DNA of 64,000 nucleotides from Eledone cirrhosa (lineage: Eukaryota), in NCBI GenBank assembly GCA_964016885.1, contig OZ024740.1:39556001-39620000 (forward strand), read 5' to 3'. Shown here piece after piece: positions 1 through 14,200 of this stretch. The translations under genes and the position numbers were made by a program. The notes below the pieces were generated by a model. It was not told the origin of the DNA. It saw only the letters and a list, made by a program, of their open reading frames with translations, and made no database searches. Position 1 is the first letter of the stretch. Each line of letters opens with the position of its first letter.

Positions 1-1559
1 AAGAGGTGTAGTTAGTATGGTATATTAAAGAGGTGTAATAAGTGTGGTATATTAAAGAGGTGTAGTTAGTGTGGTATATTAAAGAGGTGTAATTAGGGTG
101 GTACATTAAAGAGGTGTAATTAGTGTGGTATATTAAAGAGATGTCGTTAGTGTGGTATATTAAAGAGGTGCAATTAGTGTGGTATATTAAAGAGGTGCAA
201 TTAGTGTGTTATATTAAAGAGGCATAATTAGTGTGGTACATTAAAGAGGTGCAATTAGTGTGGTATATTAAAGAGGTGTAATTAGTGTGGTATATTAAAG
301 ATGTTCAATTAGTGTGGTATATTAAAGAGGTGTAGTTTGTCTGATACATTAAAGAGGTGTAATTAGTGTGGTATATTAAAGAGGTGTAATTAGGGTGGTA
401 CATTAAAGAGGTGTAATTAGTGTGGTATATTAAAGAGGTGTTATTAGTGTGGTACATTAAAGAAGTGTAATTAGTGTGGTACATTAAAGAGGTGTAATTA
501 GGGTGGTACATTAAAGAAGTGTAGTTAGTGTGGTATATTAAAGAGGTGTAGTTAGTGTGGTACATTAAAGAGGTGAAATTAGTGTCGTATATTAAAGAGG
601 TGCAATTAGTGTGACATATTAAAGAGGTGTAATTAGTGTGGTATATTAAAGAGGTGCAATTAGTGTCGTATATTAAAGAGGTGTAGTTAGTGTGGTACAT
701 TAAAGAAGTGTAATTAGTGTGGTATATTAAAGAGGTGCAATTAGTGTGATATATTAAAGAGGTGCAATTAGTGTGGTATATTAAAGACGTGCAATTAGTG
801 TGGTATATTAAAGAGGTGTAATTAGTATAGTACATAAAAAGAGTTGTAATTAGTGTGGTATATTAAAGAGGTGCAATTAGTGTGGTATATTAAAGAGGTG
901 TAATTTGTGTGGTACATTAAAAAGGTGTAATTAGTGTGGTATATTAAAGAGGTGCAATTACTGTGGTATATTAAAGAGGTGTAGTTAGTGTGGTATATTA
1001 AAGAGGTGTAGTTAGTGTGGTATATTAAAGAGGTGTACTTAATGTGGTACAATAAAAATATGTGTAATTAGTGTGGTATATTAAAGAGGTGTAGTTAGTG
1101 TATATTAAAGAGGTGTAATTAGTGTGGTACGTTAAATAGTTGTAATTAGTGTGGTATATTAAAGAGGTTTAGTTAGTGTGGTATATTAAAGAGGTGCAAT
1201 TAGTGTGGGATATTAAAGAAAGTGTAGTTAGTCTGGTATATTAAAGAGGTGTAAGTAGTGTGGTACATTAAAGAGGTGTAATTAGTGTGGTATATTAAAG
1301 AGGTGTAGTTAGTGTGATACATTAAAGAGGTGTAATTAGTGTGGTATATTAAAGAGGTGCAATTAGTGTGGTATATTAAAGAGGTGTAATTAGTGTGGTA
1401 TATTAAAGAGGTGTAATTAGCGTGGTACATTAAAGAAGTGTAATTAGTGTGGTATATTAAAGAGGTGCAATTAGTGTGGTATATTATAAAGGTGCAATTA
1501 GTGTGGTATATTAAAGAGGTGTAATTAGTGTGGTATATTAAAGAGGTGCAATTAGTGTG

Positions 1560-2030
1560 TAATATTAAAGAGGTACAATTAGTGTGGTATATTAAAGAGG
1601 TGCAATTAGTGTGGTATATTAAAGCGGTGTAATTAGTGTGGTATATTAAAGAGGTGTAATTAGTGTGGTACATTAAAGAGGTGTAATTAGGGTGGTACAT
1701 TAAAGAGGTGTAATTAGTGTGGTATATTAAAGAGGTGTAATTAGTGTGGTACATTAAAGAAGTGTAATTAGTGTGGTATATTAAAGAGGTGCAATTAGTG
1801 TGGTATATTAAAAAGGTGCAATTAGTGTGGTATATTAAAGAGGTGTAATTAGTTTGGTATATTAAAGAGGTGCAATTAGTGTGGAATATTAAAGAGGTAC
1901 AATTAGTGTGGTATATTAAAGAGGTGCAATTAGTGTGGTATATTAAAGCGGTGTAATTAGTGTGGTATATTAAAGAGGTGTAATTAGTGTGGTACATTAA
2001 AGAGGTGTAATTAGGGTGGTACATTAAAGA
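1560..2030. repeat. Local 324-bp (12-monomer) duplication nested in the 6232-bp unit (repeated at ~7790-8260)
   Basis: Rare variants AGGTACAATT at 1571/1895 and AAAGCGGTG at 1621/1945 are both 324 bp apart. Confidence 0.8.
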
Positions 2031-4259
2031 AGTGTAGTTAGTGTGGTATATTAAAGAGGTGTAATTAGTGTGGTATATTAAAGAGGTACAATTAGTGTGG
2101 TATATTAAATAGGTGCAATTAGTGTGGTATATTAAAAAGGTGCAATTAGTGTGGTATGTTAAAGAGGTGTAATTAGTATGGTATATTAAAGAGGTGTACT
2201 TAGTGTGGTACATTAAAGAGGTCCAATTAGTGTGCTACATTAAAGAGGTGTAATTAGGGTGGTTCATTAAAAAGTGTAGTTAGTGTGGTATATTAAAGAG
2301 GTGTAATTAGTGTGGTACATTAAAAAGGTGTAGTTAGTGTGGTATATTAAAGAGGTGTAGTTAGTGTGGTATATTAAAGAGGTGTACTTAATGTGGTACA
2401 TTAAAGATGTGTAATTAGTGTGGTATATTAAAGAGGTGTAGTTAGTGTGGTATATTAAAGAGGTGTAATTAGTGTGGTACATTAAAGAGTTGTAATTAGT
2501 GTGGTATATTAAAGAGGTGTAGTTAGTGTGGTATATTAAAGAGGTGCAATTAGTGTGGTATATTAAAGAAAGTGTAGTTAATGTGGTATATTAAAGAGGT
2601 GTAATTAGTGTGGTACATTAAAGAGGTGTAATTAGTGTGGTATATTAAAGAGGTGTAGTTAGTGTGGTATATTAAAGAGGTGCAATTAGTGTGGTATATT
2701 AAAGAGGTGCAATTAGTGTGGTATATTAAAAAAGGTGTAGTTAGTGTGGTACATTAAAGAGGTGCAATTACTGTGGTATATTAAAGAGGTGTAGTTAGTC
2801 TGGTACATTAAAGAGGAGTAATTACTGTGGTATATTAAAGAAGTGTAGTTAGTGTGGTATATTAAAGAGGTGTAGTTAGTATGGTATATTAAAGAGGTGT
2901 AATAAGTGAGGTATATTAAAGAGGTGTAATTAGTGTGGTATATTAAAGAGGTGTAATTAGTGTGGTATATTAAAGAGGTGTAATTAGTGTGGTACATTAA
3001 AGAGGTGTAATTAGGGTGGTATATTAAAGAGGTGTAATTAGTGTGGTATATTAAAGAGGTGTAATTAGTGTGGTACATTAAAGAGGTGTAATTAGGTGGT
3101 ACATTAAAGAGGTGTAATTAGTGTGGTATATTAAAGAGGTGTAATTAGTGTGGTACATTAAAGAAGTGTAATTAGTGTGGTATATTAAAGAGGTGCAATT
3201 AGTGTGGTATATTAAAGATGTGCAATTAGTGTGGTATATTAAAGAGGTGCAATTAGTGTGGTATATTAAAGAGGTGTAATTAGTGTGGTATATTAAAGAG
3301 GTGTAATTAGTGTGGTACATTAAAGAGGTGTAATTAGTGTGGTATATTAAAGAGGTGTAATTAGTGTGGTACATTAAAGAGGTGTAATTAGGGTGGTACA
3401 TTAAAGAAGTGTAGTTAGTGTGGTATATTAAAGAGGTGCAATTAGTGTGGTATATTAAAGAGGTGTAATTAGTATGGTATATTAAAGAGGTGTAATTAGT
3501 GTGGTACATTAAATAGGTCCAATTAGTGTGCTACATTAAAGAGGTGTAATTAGGGTGGTTCATTAAAAAGTGTAGTTAGTGTGGTATATTAAAGAGATGT
3601 AGTTACTGTGGTATATTAAAGAGGTGTAATTAGTGTGGTATATTAAAGAGGTGTAATTAGTGTGGTACATTAAAGAGGTGTAATTAGGGTGGTACATTAA
3701 AGAAGTGTAGTTAGTGTGGTATATTAAAGAATTGTAATTACTGTGGTATATTAAAGAGGTGCAATTAGTGTGGTATATTAAAGAGGTGTAATTAGTGTGG
3801 TACATTAAAGAGGTGTAATTAGTGTGGTATATTAAAGAGGTGTAATTAATGTGGTATATTAAAGAGGTGTAGTTAGTGTGGTATATTAAAGAGGTGTAGT
3901 TAGTGTGGTATATTAAAGAGGTGTAATTAGTGTGGTATATTAAAGAGGTGTAATTAGTGTGGTACATTAAAGAGGTGTAATTAGTGTGGTATATTAAAGA
4001 GATGCAATTAGTGTGGTATATTAAAGAGGTGCAATTAGTGTGGTATATTAAAAAGGTGTAATTAGTGTGGTACATTAAAGAGGTGTAATTAGTGTGATAC
4101 ATTAAAGAGGTGTAATTAGTGTGGTATATTAAAGAGGTGTAATTAGTGTGGTATATTAAAGAGGTGTAATTAGTGTGGTATATTAAAGAGGTGCAATTAG
4201 TGTGGTATATTAAAGAGGTGTAATTAGTGTGGTACGTTAAAGAGGTCCAATTAGTGTGC

Positions 4260-5850
4260 TACATTAAAGAGGTTTAATTAGGGTAGTTCATTAAAAAGTG
4301 TAGTTAGTGTGGTATATTAAAGAGGTGTAATTAGTGTGGTATATTAAAGAGGTTTAATTAGTGTGGTATATTAAAGAGGTGCAATTAGTGTGATATATTA
4401 AAGATGTGTAATTAGTGTGGTATATTAAAGGGGTGCAATTAGTGTGGTATATTAAAGAGGTGTAATTAGTGTGGCACACTAAAGAGGTGTAATTAGGGTG
4501 GTATATTAAAGAGATGTAATTAGGGTGGTAAGTTAAAGAGGTGTAATTAGTGTGGTATATTAAAGAGGTGCAATTAGTGTGGTATATTAAAGAGGTGTAA
4601 TTAATGTGGTATATTAAAGAGGTGCGATTAGTGTGGTATATTAAAAGAGGTGTAATTAGTGTGGTATATTAAAGAGGTGTAATTAGTGTGGTACATTAAA
4701 AAGTTGTAATTAGTGAGGTATATTAAAGAGGTGTAATTAGTGTGGTATAATAAAGAGGTGTCGGTATTGTATATTAAAGAGGTGTAGTTAGTGGGGTTAA
4801 TTAGAGATGTGTAGTTAGTCAGGTTTATTAGAGAAGTGTAATTAGTCTGGTATAATAAAGAGGTGTAATTAGTGTGGTATATTAAAGAGGTGCAATTAGT
4901 GTGGTATATTAAAGAGGTGTAGTTAGTGTGGTACATTAAAGAGGTGTAATTAGTGTGGTATATTAAAGAGGTGCAATTAGTGTGGTATATTAAAGAGGTG
5001 TAATTAGTGTGGTATATTAAAGAGGTGTAATTAGTGTGGTACATTAAAGAGGTTTAATTAGGGTAGTTCATTAAAAAGTGTAGTTAGTGTGGTATATTAA
5101 AGAGGTGTAATTAGTGTGGTATATTAAAGAGGTTTAATTAGTGTGGTATATTAAAGAGGTGCAATTAGTGTGATATATTAAAGATGTGTAATTAGTGTGG
5201 TATATTAAAGGGGTGCAATTAGTGTGGTATATTAAAGAGGTGTAATTAGTGTGGCACACTAAAGAGGTGTAATTAGGGTGGTATATTAAAGAGATGTAAT
5301 TAGGGTGGTAAGTTAAAGAGGTGTAATTAGTGTGGTATATTAAAGAGGTGCAATTAGTGTGGTATATTAAAGAGGTGTAATTAATGTGGTATATTAAAGA
5401 GGTGCGATTAGTGTGGTATATTAAAAGAGGTGTAATTAGTGTGGTATATTAAAGAGGTGTAATTAGTGTGGTACATTAAAAAGTTGTAATTAGTGAGGTA
5501 TATTAAAGAGGTGTAATTAGTGTGGTATAATAAAGAGGTGTCGGTATTGTATATTAAAGAGGTGTAGTTAGTGGGGTTAATTAGAGATGTGTAGTTAGTC
5601 AGGTTTATTAGATAAGTGTAATTAGTCTGGTATAATAAAGAGGTGTAATTAGTGTGGTATATTAAAGAGGTGCAATTAGTGTGGTATATTAAATAGGTGC
5701 AATTAGTGTGGTATATTAAAGAGGTGTAGTTAGTGTGGTACATTAAAGAGGTGTAATTAGTGTGGTATATTAAAGAGGTGCAATTAGTGTGGTATATTAA
5801 AGAGGTGTAATTAGTGTGGTATATTAAAGAGGTGTAATTAGTGTGGTACA
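4260..5850. repeat. 780-bp (29-monomer, net -3 bp) tandem duplication; 807-bp spacing in the second 6232 copy
   Basis: Lines starting 4261 and 5041 are identical. TCGGTATTGT occurs at 4761 and 5541. ORF starts 4628/5408 differ by 780 and 10860/11667 by 807. Confidence 0.9.
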
Positions 5851-8800
5851 TTAAAGAGGTGTAATTAGGGTGGTACATTAAAGAGGTGTAATTAGTGTGG
5901 TATATTAAAGAGGTGTAATTAGTGTGGTATATTAAAGAAAGTGTAGTTAGTCTGGTATATTAAAGAGGTGTAATTAGTGTGGTACATTAAAGAGGTGTAA
6001 TTAGTGTGGTATATTAAAGAGGTGTAGTTAGAGTGGTATATTAAAGAGGTGCAATTATTGTGGTATATTAAAGAGGTGCAATTAGTGTTGTATATTAAAG
6101 AGGTGTAGTTAGTGTGGTACATTAAAGAGGTGCAATTACTGTGGTATATTAAAGAGGTGTAGTTAGTGTGGTACATTAAATAGGTGTAATTAGTGTGGTA
6201 TATTGAAGAAGTGTAGTTCGTGTGGTATATTAAAGAGGTGTAGTTAGTATGGTATATTAAAGAGGTGTAATAAGTGTGGTATATTAAAGAGGTGTAGTTA
6301 GTGTGGTATATTAAAGAGGTGTAATTAGGGTGGTACATTAAAGAGGTGTAATTAGTGTGGTATATTAAAGAGATGTCGTTAGTGTGGTATATTAAAGAGG
6401 TGCAATTAGTGTGGTATATTAAAGAGGTGCAATTAGTGTGTTATATTAAAGAGGCATAATTAGTGTGGTACATTAAAGAGGTGCAATTAGTGTGGTATAT
6501 TAAAGAGGTGTAATTAGTGTGGTATATTAAAGATGTTCAATTAGTGTGGTATATTAAAGAGGTGTAGTTTGTCTGATACATTAAAGAGGTGTAATTAGTG
6601 TGGTATATTAAAGAGGTGTAATTAGGGTGGTACATTAAAGAGGTGTAATTAGTGTGGTATATTAAAGAGGTGTTATTAGTGTGGTACATTAAAGAAGTGT
6701 AATTAGTGTGGTACATTAAAGAGGTGTAATTAGGGTGGTACATTAAAGAAGTGTAGTTAGTGTGGTATATTAAAGAGGTGTAGTTAGTGTGGTACATTAA
6801 AGAGGTGAAATTAGTGTCGTATATTAAAGAGGTGCAATTAGTGTGACATATTAAAGAGGTGTAATTAGTGTGGTATATTAAAGAGGTGCAATTAGTGTCG
6901 TATATTAAAGAGGTGTAGTTAGTGTGGTACATTAAAGAAGTGTAATTAGTGTGGTATATTAAAGAGGTGCAATTAGTGTGATATATTAAAGAGGTGCAAT
7001 TAGTGTGGTATATTAAAGACGTGCAATTAGTGTGGTATATTAAAGAGGTGTAATTAGTATAGTACATAAAAAGAGTTGTAATTAGTGTGGTATATTAAAG
7101 AGGTGCAATTAGTGTGGTATATTAAAGAGGTGTAATTTGTGTGGTACATTAAAAAGGTGTAATTAGTGTGGTATATTAAAGAGGTGCAATTACTGTGGTA
7201 TATTAAAGAGGTGTAGTTAGTGTGGTATATTAAAGAGGTGTAGTTAGTGTGGTATATTAAAGAGGTGTACTTAATGTGGTACAATAAAAATATGTGTAAT
7301 TAGTGTGGTATATTAAAGAGGTGTAGTTAGTGTATATTAAAGAGGTGTAATTAGTGTGGTACGTTAAATAGTTGTAATTAGTGTGGTATATTAAAGAGGT
7401 TTAGTTAGTGTGGTATATTAAAGAGGTGCAATTAGTGTGGGATATTAAAGAAAGTGTAGTTAGTCTGGTATATTAAAGAGGTGTAATTAGTGTGGTACAT
7501 TAAAGAGGTGTAATTAGTGTGGTATATTAAAGAGGTGTAGTTAGTGTGATACATTAAAGAGGTGTAATTAGTGTGGTATATTAAAGAGGTGCAATTAGTG
7601 TGGTATATTAAAGAGGTGTAATTAGTGTGGTATATTAAAGAGGTGTAATTAGCGTGGTACATTAAAGAAGTGTAATTAGTGTGGTATATTAAAGAGGTGC
7701 AATTAGTGTGGTATATTATAAAGGTGCAATTAGTGTGGTATATTAAAGAGGTGTAATTAGTGTGGTATATTAAAGAGGTGCAATTAGTGTGTAATATTAA
7801 AGAGGTACAATTAGTGTGGTATATTAAAGAGGTGCAATTAGTGTGGTATATTAAAGCGGTGTAATTAGTGTGGTATATTAAAGAGGTGTAATTAGTGTGG
7901 TACATTAAAGAGGTGTAATTAGGGTGGTACATTAAAGAGGTGTAATTAGTGTGGTATATTAAAGAGGTGTAATTAGTGTGGTACATTAAAGAAGTGTAAT
8001 TAGTGTGGTATATTAAAGAGGTGCAATTAGTGTGGTATATTAAAAAGGTGCAATTAGTGTGGTATATTAAAGAGGTGTAATTAGTTTGGTATATTAAAGA
8101 GGTGCAATTAGTGTGGAATATTAAAGAGGTACAATTAGTGTGGTATATTAAAGAGGTGCAATTAGTGTGGTATATTAAAGCGGTGTAATTAGTGTGGTAT
8201 ATTAAAGAGGTGTAATTAGTGTGGTACATTAAAGAGGTGTAATTAGGGTGGTACATTAAAGAAGTGTAGTTAGTGTGGTATATTAAAGAGGTGTAATTAG
8301 TGTGGTATATTAAAGAGGTACAATTAGTGTGGTATATTAAATAGGTGCAATTAGTGTGGTATATTAAAAAGGTGCAATTAGTGTGGTATGTTAAAGAGGT
8401 GTAATTAGTATGGTATATTAAAGAGGTGTACTTAGTGTGGTACATTAAAGAGGTCCAATTAGTGTGCTACATTAAAGAGGTGTAATTAGGGTGGTTCATT
8501 AAAAAGTGTAGTTAGTGTGGTATATTAAAGAGGTGTAATTAGTGTGGTACATTAAAAAGGTGTAGTTAGTGTGGTATATTAAAGAGGTGTAGTTAGTGTG
8601 GTATATTAAAGAGGTGTACTTAATGTGGTACATTAAAGATGTGTAATTAGTGTGGTATATTAAAGAGGTGTAGTTAGTGTGGTATATTAAAGAGGTGTAA
8701 TTAGTGTGGTACATTAAAGAGTTGTAATTAGTGTGGTATATTAAAGAGGTGTAGTTAGTGTGGTATATTAAAGAGGTGCAATTAGTGTGGTATATTAAAG

Positions 8801-11289
8801 AAAGTGTAGTTAATGTGGTATATTAAAGAGGTGTAATTAGTGTGGTACATTAAAGAGGTGTAATTAGTGTGGTATATTAAAGAGGTGTAGTTAGTGTGGT
8901 ATATTAAAGAGGTGCAATTAGTGTGGTATATTAAAGAGGTGCAATTAGTGTGGTATATTAAAAAAGGTGTAGTTAGTGTGGTACATTAAAGAGGTGCAAT
9001 TACTGTGGTATATTAAAGAGGTGTAGTTAGTCTGGTACATTAAAGAGGAGTAATTACTGTGGTATATTAAAGAAGTGTAGTTAGTGTGGTATATTAAAGA
9101 GGTGTAGTTAGTATGGTATATTAAAGAGGTGTAATAAGTGAGGTATATTAAAGAGGTGTAATTAGTGTGGTATATTAAAGAGGTGTAATTAGTGTGGTAT
9201 ATTAAAGAGGTGTAATTAGTGTGGTACATTAAAGAGGTGTAATTAGGGTGGTATATTAAAGAGGTGTAATTAGTGTGGTATATTAAAGAGGTGTAATTAG
9301 TGTGGTACATTAAAGAGGTGTAATTAGGTGGTACATTAAAGAGGTGTAATTAGTGTGGTATATTAAAGAGGTGTAATTAGTGTGGTACATTAAAGAAGTG
9401 TAATTAGTGTTGTATATTAAAGAGGTGCAATTAGTGTGGTATATTAAAGATGTGCAATTAGTGTGGTATATTAAAGAGGTGCAATTAGTGTGGTATATTA
9501 AAGAGGTGTAATTAGTGTGGTATATTAAAGAGGTGTAATTAGTGTGGTACATTAAAGAGGTGTAATTAGTGTGGTATATTAAAGAGGTGTAATTAGTGTG
9601 GTACATTAAAGAGGTGTAATTAGGGTGGTACATTAAAGAAGTGTAGTTAGTGTGGTATATTAAAGAGGTGCAATTAGTGTGGTATATTAAAGAGGTGTAA
9701 TTAGTATGGTATATTAAAGAGGTGTAATTAGTGTGGTACATTAAATAGGTCCAATTAGTGTGCTACATTAAAGAGGTGTAATTAGGGTGGTTCATTAAAA
9801 AGTGTAGTTAGTGTGGTATATTAAAGAGATGTAGTTACTGTGGTATATTAAAGAGGTGTAATTAGTGTGGTATATTAAAGAGGTGTAATTAGTGTGGTAC
9901 ATTAAAGAGGTGTAATTAGGGTGGTACATTAAAGAAGTGTAGTTAGTGTGGTATATTAAAGAATTGTAATTACTGTGGTATATTAAAGAGGTGCAATTAG
10001 TGTGGTATATTAAAGAGGTGTAATTAGTGTGGTACATTAAAGAGGTGTAATTAGTGTGGTATATTAAAGAGGTGTAATTAATGTGGTATATTAAAGAGGT
10101 GTAGTTAGTGTGGTATATTAAAGAGGTGTAGTTAGTGTGGTATATTAAAGAGGTGTAATTAGTGTGGTATATTAAAGAGGTGTAATTAGTGTGGTACATT
10201 AAAGAGGTGTAATTAGTGTGGTATATTAAAGAGATGCAATTAGTGTGGTATATTAAAGAGGTGCAATTAGTGTGGTATATTAAAAAGGTGTAATTAGTGT
10301 GGTACATTAAAGAGGTGTAATTAGTGTGATACATTAAAGAGGTGTAATTAGTGTGGTATATTAAAGAGGTGTAATTAGTGTGGTATATTAAAGAGGTGTA
10401 ATTAGTGTGGTATATTAAAGAGGTGCAATTAGTGTGGTATATTAAAGAGGTGTAATTAGTGTGGTACGTTAAAGAGGTCCAATTAGTGTGCTACATTAAA
10501 GAGGTTTAATTAGGGTAGTTCATTAAAAAGTGTAGTTAGTGTGGTATATTAAAGAGGTGTAATTAGTGTGGTATATTAAAGAGGTTTAATTAGTGTGGTA
10601 TATTAAAGAGGTGCAATTAGTGTGATATATTAAAGATGTGTAATTAGTGTGGTATATTAAAGGGGTGCAATTAGTGTGGTATATTAAAGAGGTGTAATTA
10701 GTGTGGCACACTAAAGAGGTGTAATTAGGGTGGTATATTAAAGAGATGTAATTAGGGTGGTAAGTTAAAGAGGTGTAATTAGTGTGGTATATTAAAGAGG
10801 TGCAATTAGTGTGGTATATTAAAGAGGTGTAATTAATGTGGTATATTAAAGAGGTGCGATTAGTGTGGTATATTAAAAGAGGTGTAATTAGTGTGGTATA
10901 TTAAAGAGGTGTAATTAGTGTGGTACATTAAAAAGTTGTAATTAGTGAGGTATATTAAAGAGGTGTAATTAGTGTGGTATAATAAAGAGGTGTCGGTATT
11001 GTATATTAAAGAGGTGTAGTTAGTGGGGTTAATTAGAGATGTGTAGTTAGTCAGGTTTATTAGAGAAGTGTAATTAGTCTGGTATAATAAAGAGGTGTAA
11101 TTATTGTGGTATATTAAAGAGGTGCAATTAGTGTGGTATATTAAATAGGTGCAATTAGTGTGGTATATTAAAGAGGTGTAGTTAGTGTGGTACATTAAAG
11201 AGGTGTAATTAGTGTGGTATATTAAAGAGGTGCAATTAGTGTGGTATATTAAAGAGGTGTAATTAGTGTGGTATATTAAAGAGGTGTAA

Positions 11290-14200
11290 TTAGTGTGGTA
11301 CATTAAAGAGGTTTAATTAGGGTAGTTCATTAAAAAGTGTAGTTAGTGTGGTATATTAAAGAGGTGTAATTAGTGTGGTATATTAAAGAGGTTTAATTAG
11401 TGTGGTATATTAAAGAGGTGCAATTAGTGTGATATATTAAAGATGTGTAATTAGTGTGGTATATTAAAGGGGTGCAATTAGTGTGGTATATTAAAGAGGT
11501 GTAATTAGTGTGGCACACTAAAGAGGTGTAATTAGGGTGGTATATTAAAGAGATGTAATTAGGGTGGTAAGTTAAAGAGGTGTAATTAGTGTGGTATATT
11601 AAAGAGGTGCAATTAGTGTGGTATATTAAAGAGGTGTAATTAATGTGGTATATTAAAGAGGTGCGATTAGTGTGGTATATTAAAAGAGGTGTAATTAGTG
11701 TGGTATATTAAAGAGGTGTAATTAGTGTGGTACATTAAAAAGTTGTAATTAGTGAGGTATATTAAAGAGGTGTAATTAGTGTGGTATAATAAAGAGGTGT
11801 CGGTATTGTATATTAAAGAGGTGTAGTTAGTGGGGTTAATTAGAGATGTGTAGTTAGTCAGGTTTATTAGAGAAGTGTAATTAGTCTGGTATAATAAAGA
11901 GGTGTAATTAGTGTGGTATATTAAAGAGGTGCAATTAGTGTGGTATATTAAATAGGTGCAATTAGTGTGGTATATTAAAGAGGTGTAGTTAGTGTGGTAC
12001 ATTAAAGAGGTGTAATTAGTGTGGTATATTAAAGAGGTGCAATTAGTGTGGTATATTAAAGAGGTGTAATTAGTGTGGTATATTAAAGAGGTGTAATTAG
12101 TGTGGTACATTAAAGAGGTGTAATTAGGGTGGTACATTAAAGAGGTGTAATTAGTGTGGTATATTAAAGAGGTGTAATTAGTGTGGTACATTAAAGAAGT
12201 GTAAATAGTGTGGTATATTAAAGAGGTGCAATTAGTGTGGTATATTAAAAAGGTGCAATTAGTGTGATATATTAAAGAGGTGCAATTAGTGTGGTATATT
12301 AAAGAGGTGTAATTAGTGTGGTATATTAAAGAGGTGTAATTAGTGTGGTACATTAAAGAGGTGTAATTAGGTGGTACATTAAAGAGGTGTAATTAGTGTG
12401 GTATATTAAAGAGGTGTAATTAGTGTGGTACATTAAAGAAGTGTAATTAGTGTGGTATATTAAAGAGGTGCAATTAGTGTGGTATATTAAAGATGTGCAA
12501 TTAGTGTGGTATATTAAAGAGGTGCAATTAGTGTGGTATATTAAAGAGGTGTAATTAGTGTGGTATATTAAAGAGGTGTAATTAGTGTGGTACATTAAAG
12601 AGGTGTAATTAGTGTGGTATATTAAAGAGGTGTAATTAGTGTGGTACATTAAAGAGGTGTAATTAGGGTGGTACATTAAAGAAGTGTAGTTAGTGTGGTA
12701 TATTAAAGAGGTGCAATTAGTGTGGTATATTAAAGAGGTGTAATTAGTATGGTATATTAAAGAGGTGTAATTAGTGTGGTACATTAAATAGGTCCAATTA
12801 GTGTGCTACATTAAAGAGGTGTAATTAGGGTGGTTCATTAAAAAGTGTAGTTAGTGTGGTATATTAAAGAGATGTAGTTACTGTGGTATATTAAAGAGGT
12901 GTAATTAGTGTGGTATATTAAAGAGGTGTAATTAGTGTGGTACATTAAAGAGGTGTAATTAGGGTGGTACATTAAAGAAGTGTAGTTAGTGTGGTATATT
13001 AAAGAATTGTAATTACTGTGGTATATTAAAGACGTGCAATTAGTGTGGTATATTAAAGAGGTGTAATTAGTGTGGTACATTAAAGAGGTGTAATTAGTGT
13101 GGTATATTAAAGAGGTGTAATTAATGTGGTATATTAAAGAGGTGTAGTTAGTGTGGTATATTAAAGAGGTGTAGTTAGTGTGGTATATTAAAGAGGTGTA
13201 ATTAGTGTGGTATATTAAAGAGGTGTAATTAGTGTGGTACATTAAAGAGGTGTAATTAGTGTGGTATATTAAAGAGATGCAATTAGTGTGGTATATTAAA
13301 GAGGTGCAATTAGTGTGGTATATTAAAAAGGTGTAATTAGTGTGGTACATTAAAGAGGTGTAATTAGTGTGATACATTAAAGAGGTGTAATTAGTGTGGT
13401 ATATTAAAGAGGTGTAATTAGTGTGGTATATTAAAGAGGTGTAATTAGTGTGGTATATTAAAGAGGTGCAATTAGTGTGGTATATTAAAGAGGTGTAATT
13501 AGTGTGGTACGTTAAAGAGGTCCAATTAGTGTGCTACATTAAAGAGGTTTAATTAGGGTAGTTCATTAAAAAGTGTAGTTAGTGTGGTATATTAAAGAGG
13601 TGTAATTAGTGTGGTATATTAAAGAGGTTTAATTAGTGTGGTATATTAAAGAGGTGCAATTAGTGTGATATATTAAAGATGTGTAATTAGTGTGGTATAT
13701 TAAAGGGGTGCAATTAGTGTGGTATATTAAAGAGGTGTAATTAGTGTGGCACACTAAAGAGGTGTAATTAGGGTGGTATATTAAAGAGATGTAATTAGGG
13801 TGGTAAGTTAAAGAGGTGTAATTAGTGTGGTATATTAAAGAGGTGCAATTAGTGTGGTATATTAAAGAGGTGTAATTAATGTGGTATATTAAAGAGGTGC
13901 GATTAGTGTGGTATATTAAAAGAGGTGTAATTAGTGTGGTATATTAAAGAGGTGTAATTAGTGTGGTACATTAAAAAGTTGTAATTAGTGAGGTATATTA
14001 AAGAGGTGTAATTAGTGTGGTATAATAAAGAGGTGTCGGTATTGTATATTAAAGAGGTGTAGTTAGTGGGGTTAATTAGAGATGTGTAGTTAGTCAGGTT
14101 TATTAGAGAAGTGTAATTAGTCTGGTATAATAAAGATGTGTAATTAGTGTGGTATATTAAAGAGGTGCAATTAGTGTGGTATATTAAATAGGTGCAATTA

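Larger units (their letters stand above)
1..12188. repeat. Higher-order tandem duplication, period 6232 bp (~231 monomers), two near-identical copies; the first is probably truncated by the window start
   Basis: ORF starts 305/6537, 822/7054, 1200/7432, 2267/8499, 2713/8945, 3078/9310, 3563/9795 and 4628/10860 all differ by 6232. The offset becomes 6259 (+1 monomer) at 5408/11667. Point differences seen at 1255 G vs 7487 T and 3179 G vs 9411 T. Confidence 0.95.

Noticed and set aside
4741-4860. Diverged stretch as a foreign insertion or mobile-element footprint
   Set aside because: It aligns in register with the 27-mer apart from a 3-bp deletion, and there is no target-site duplication or terminal repeat.
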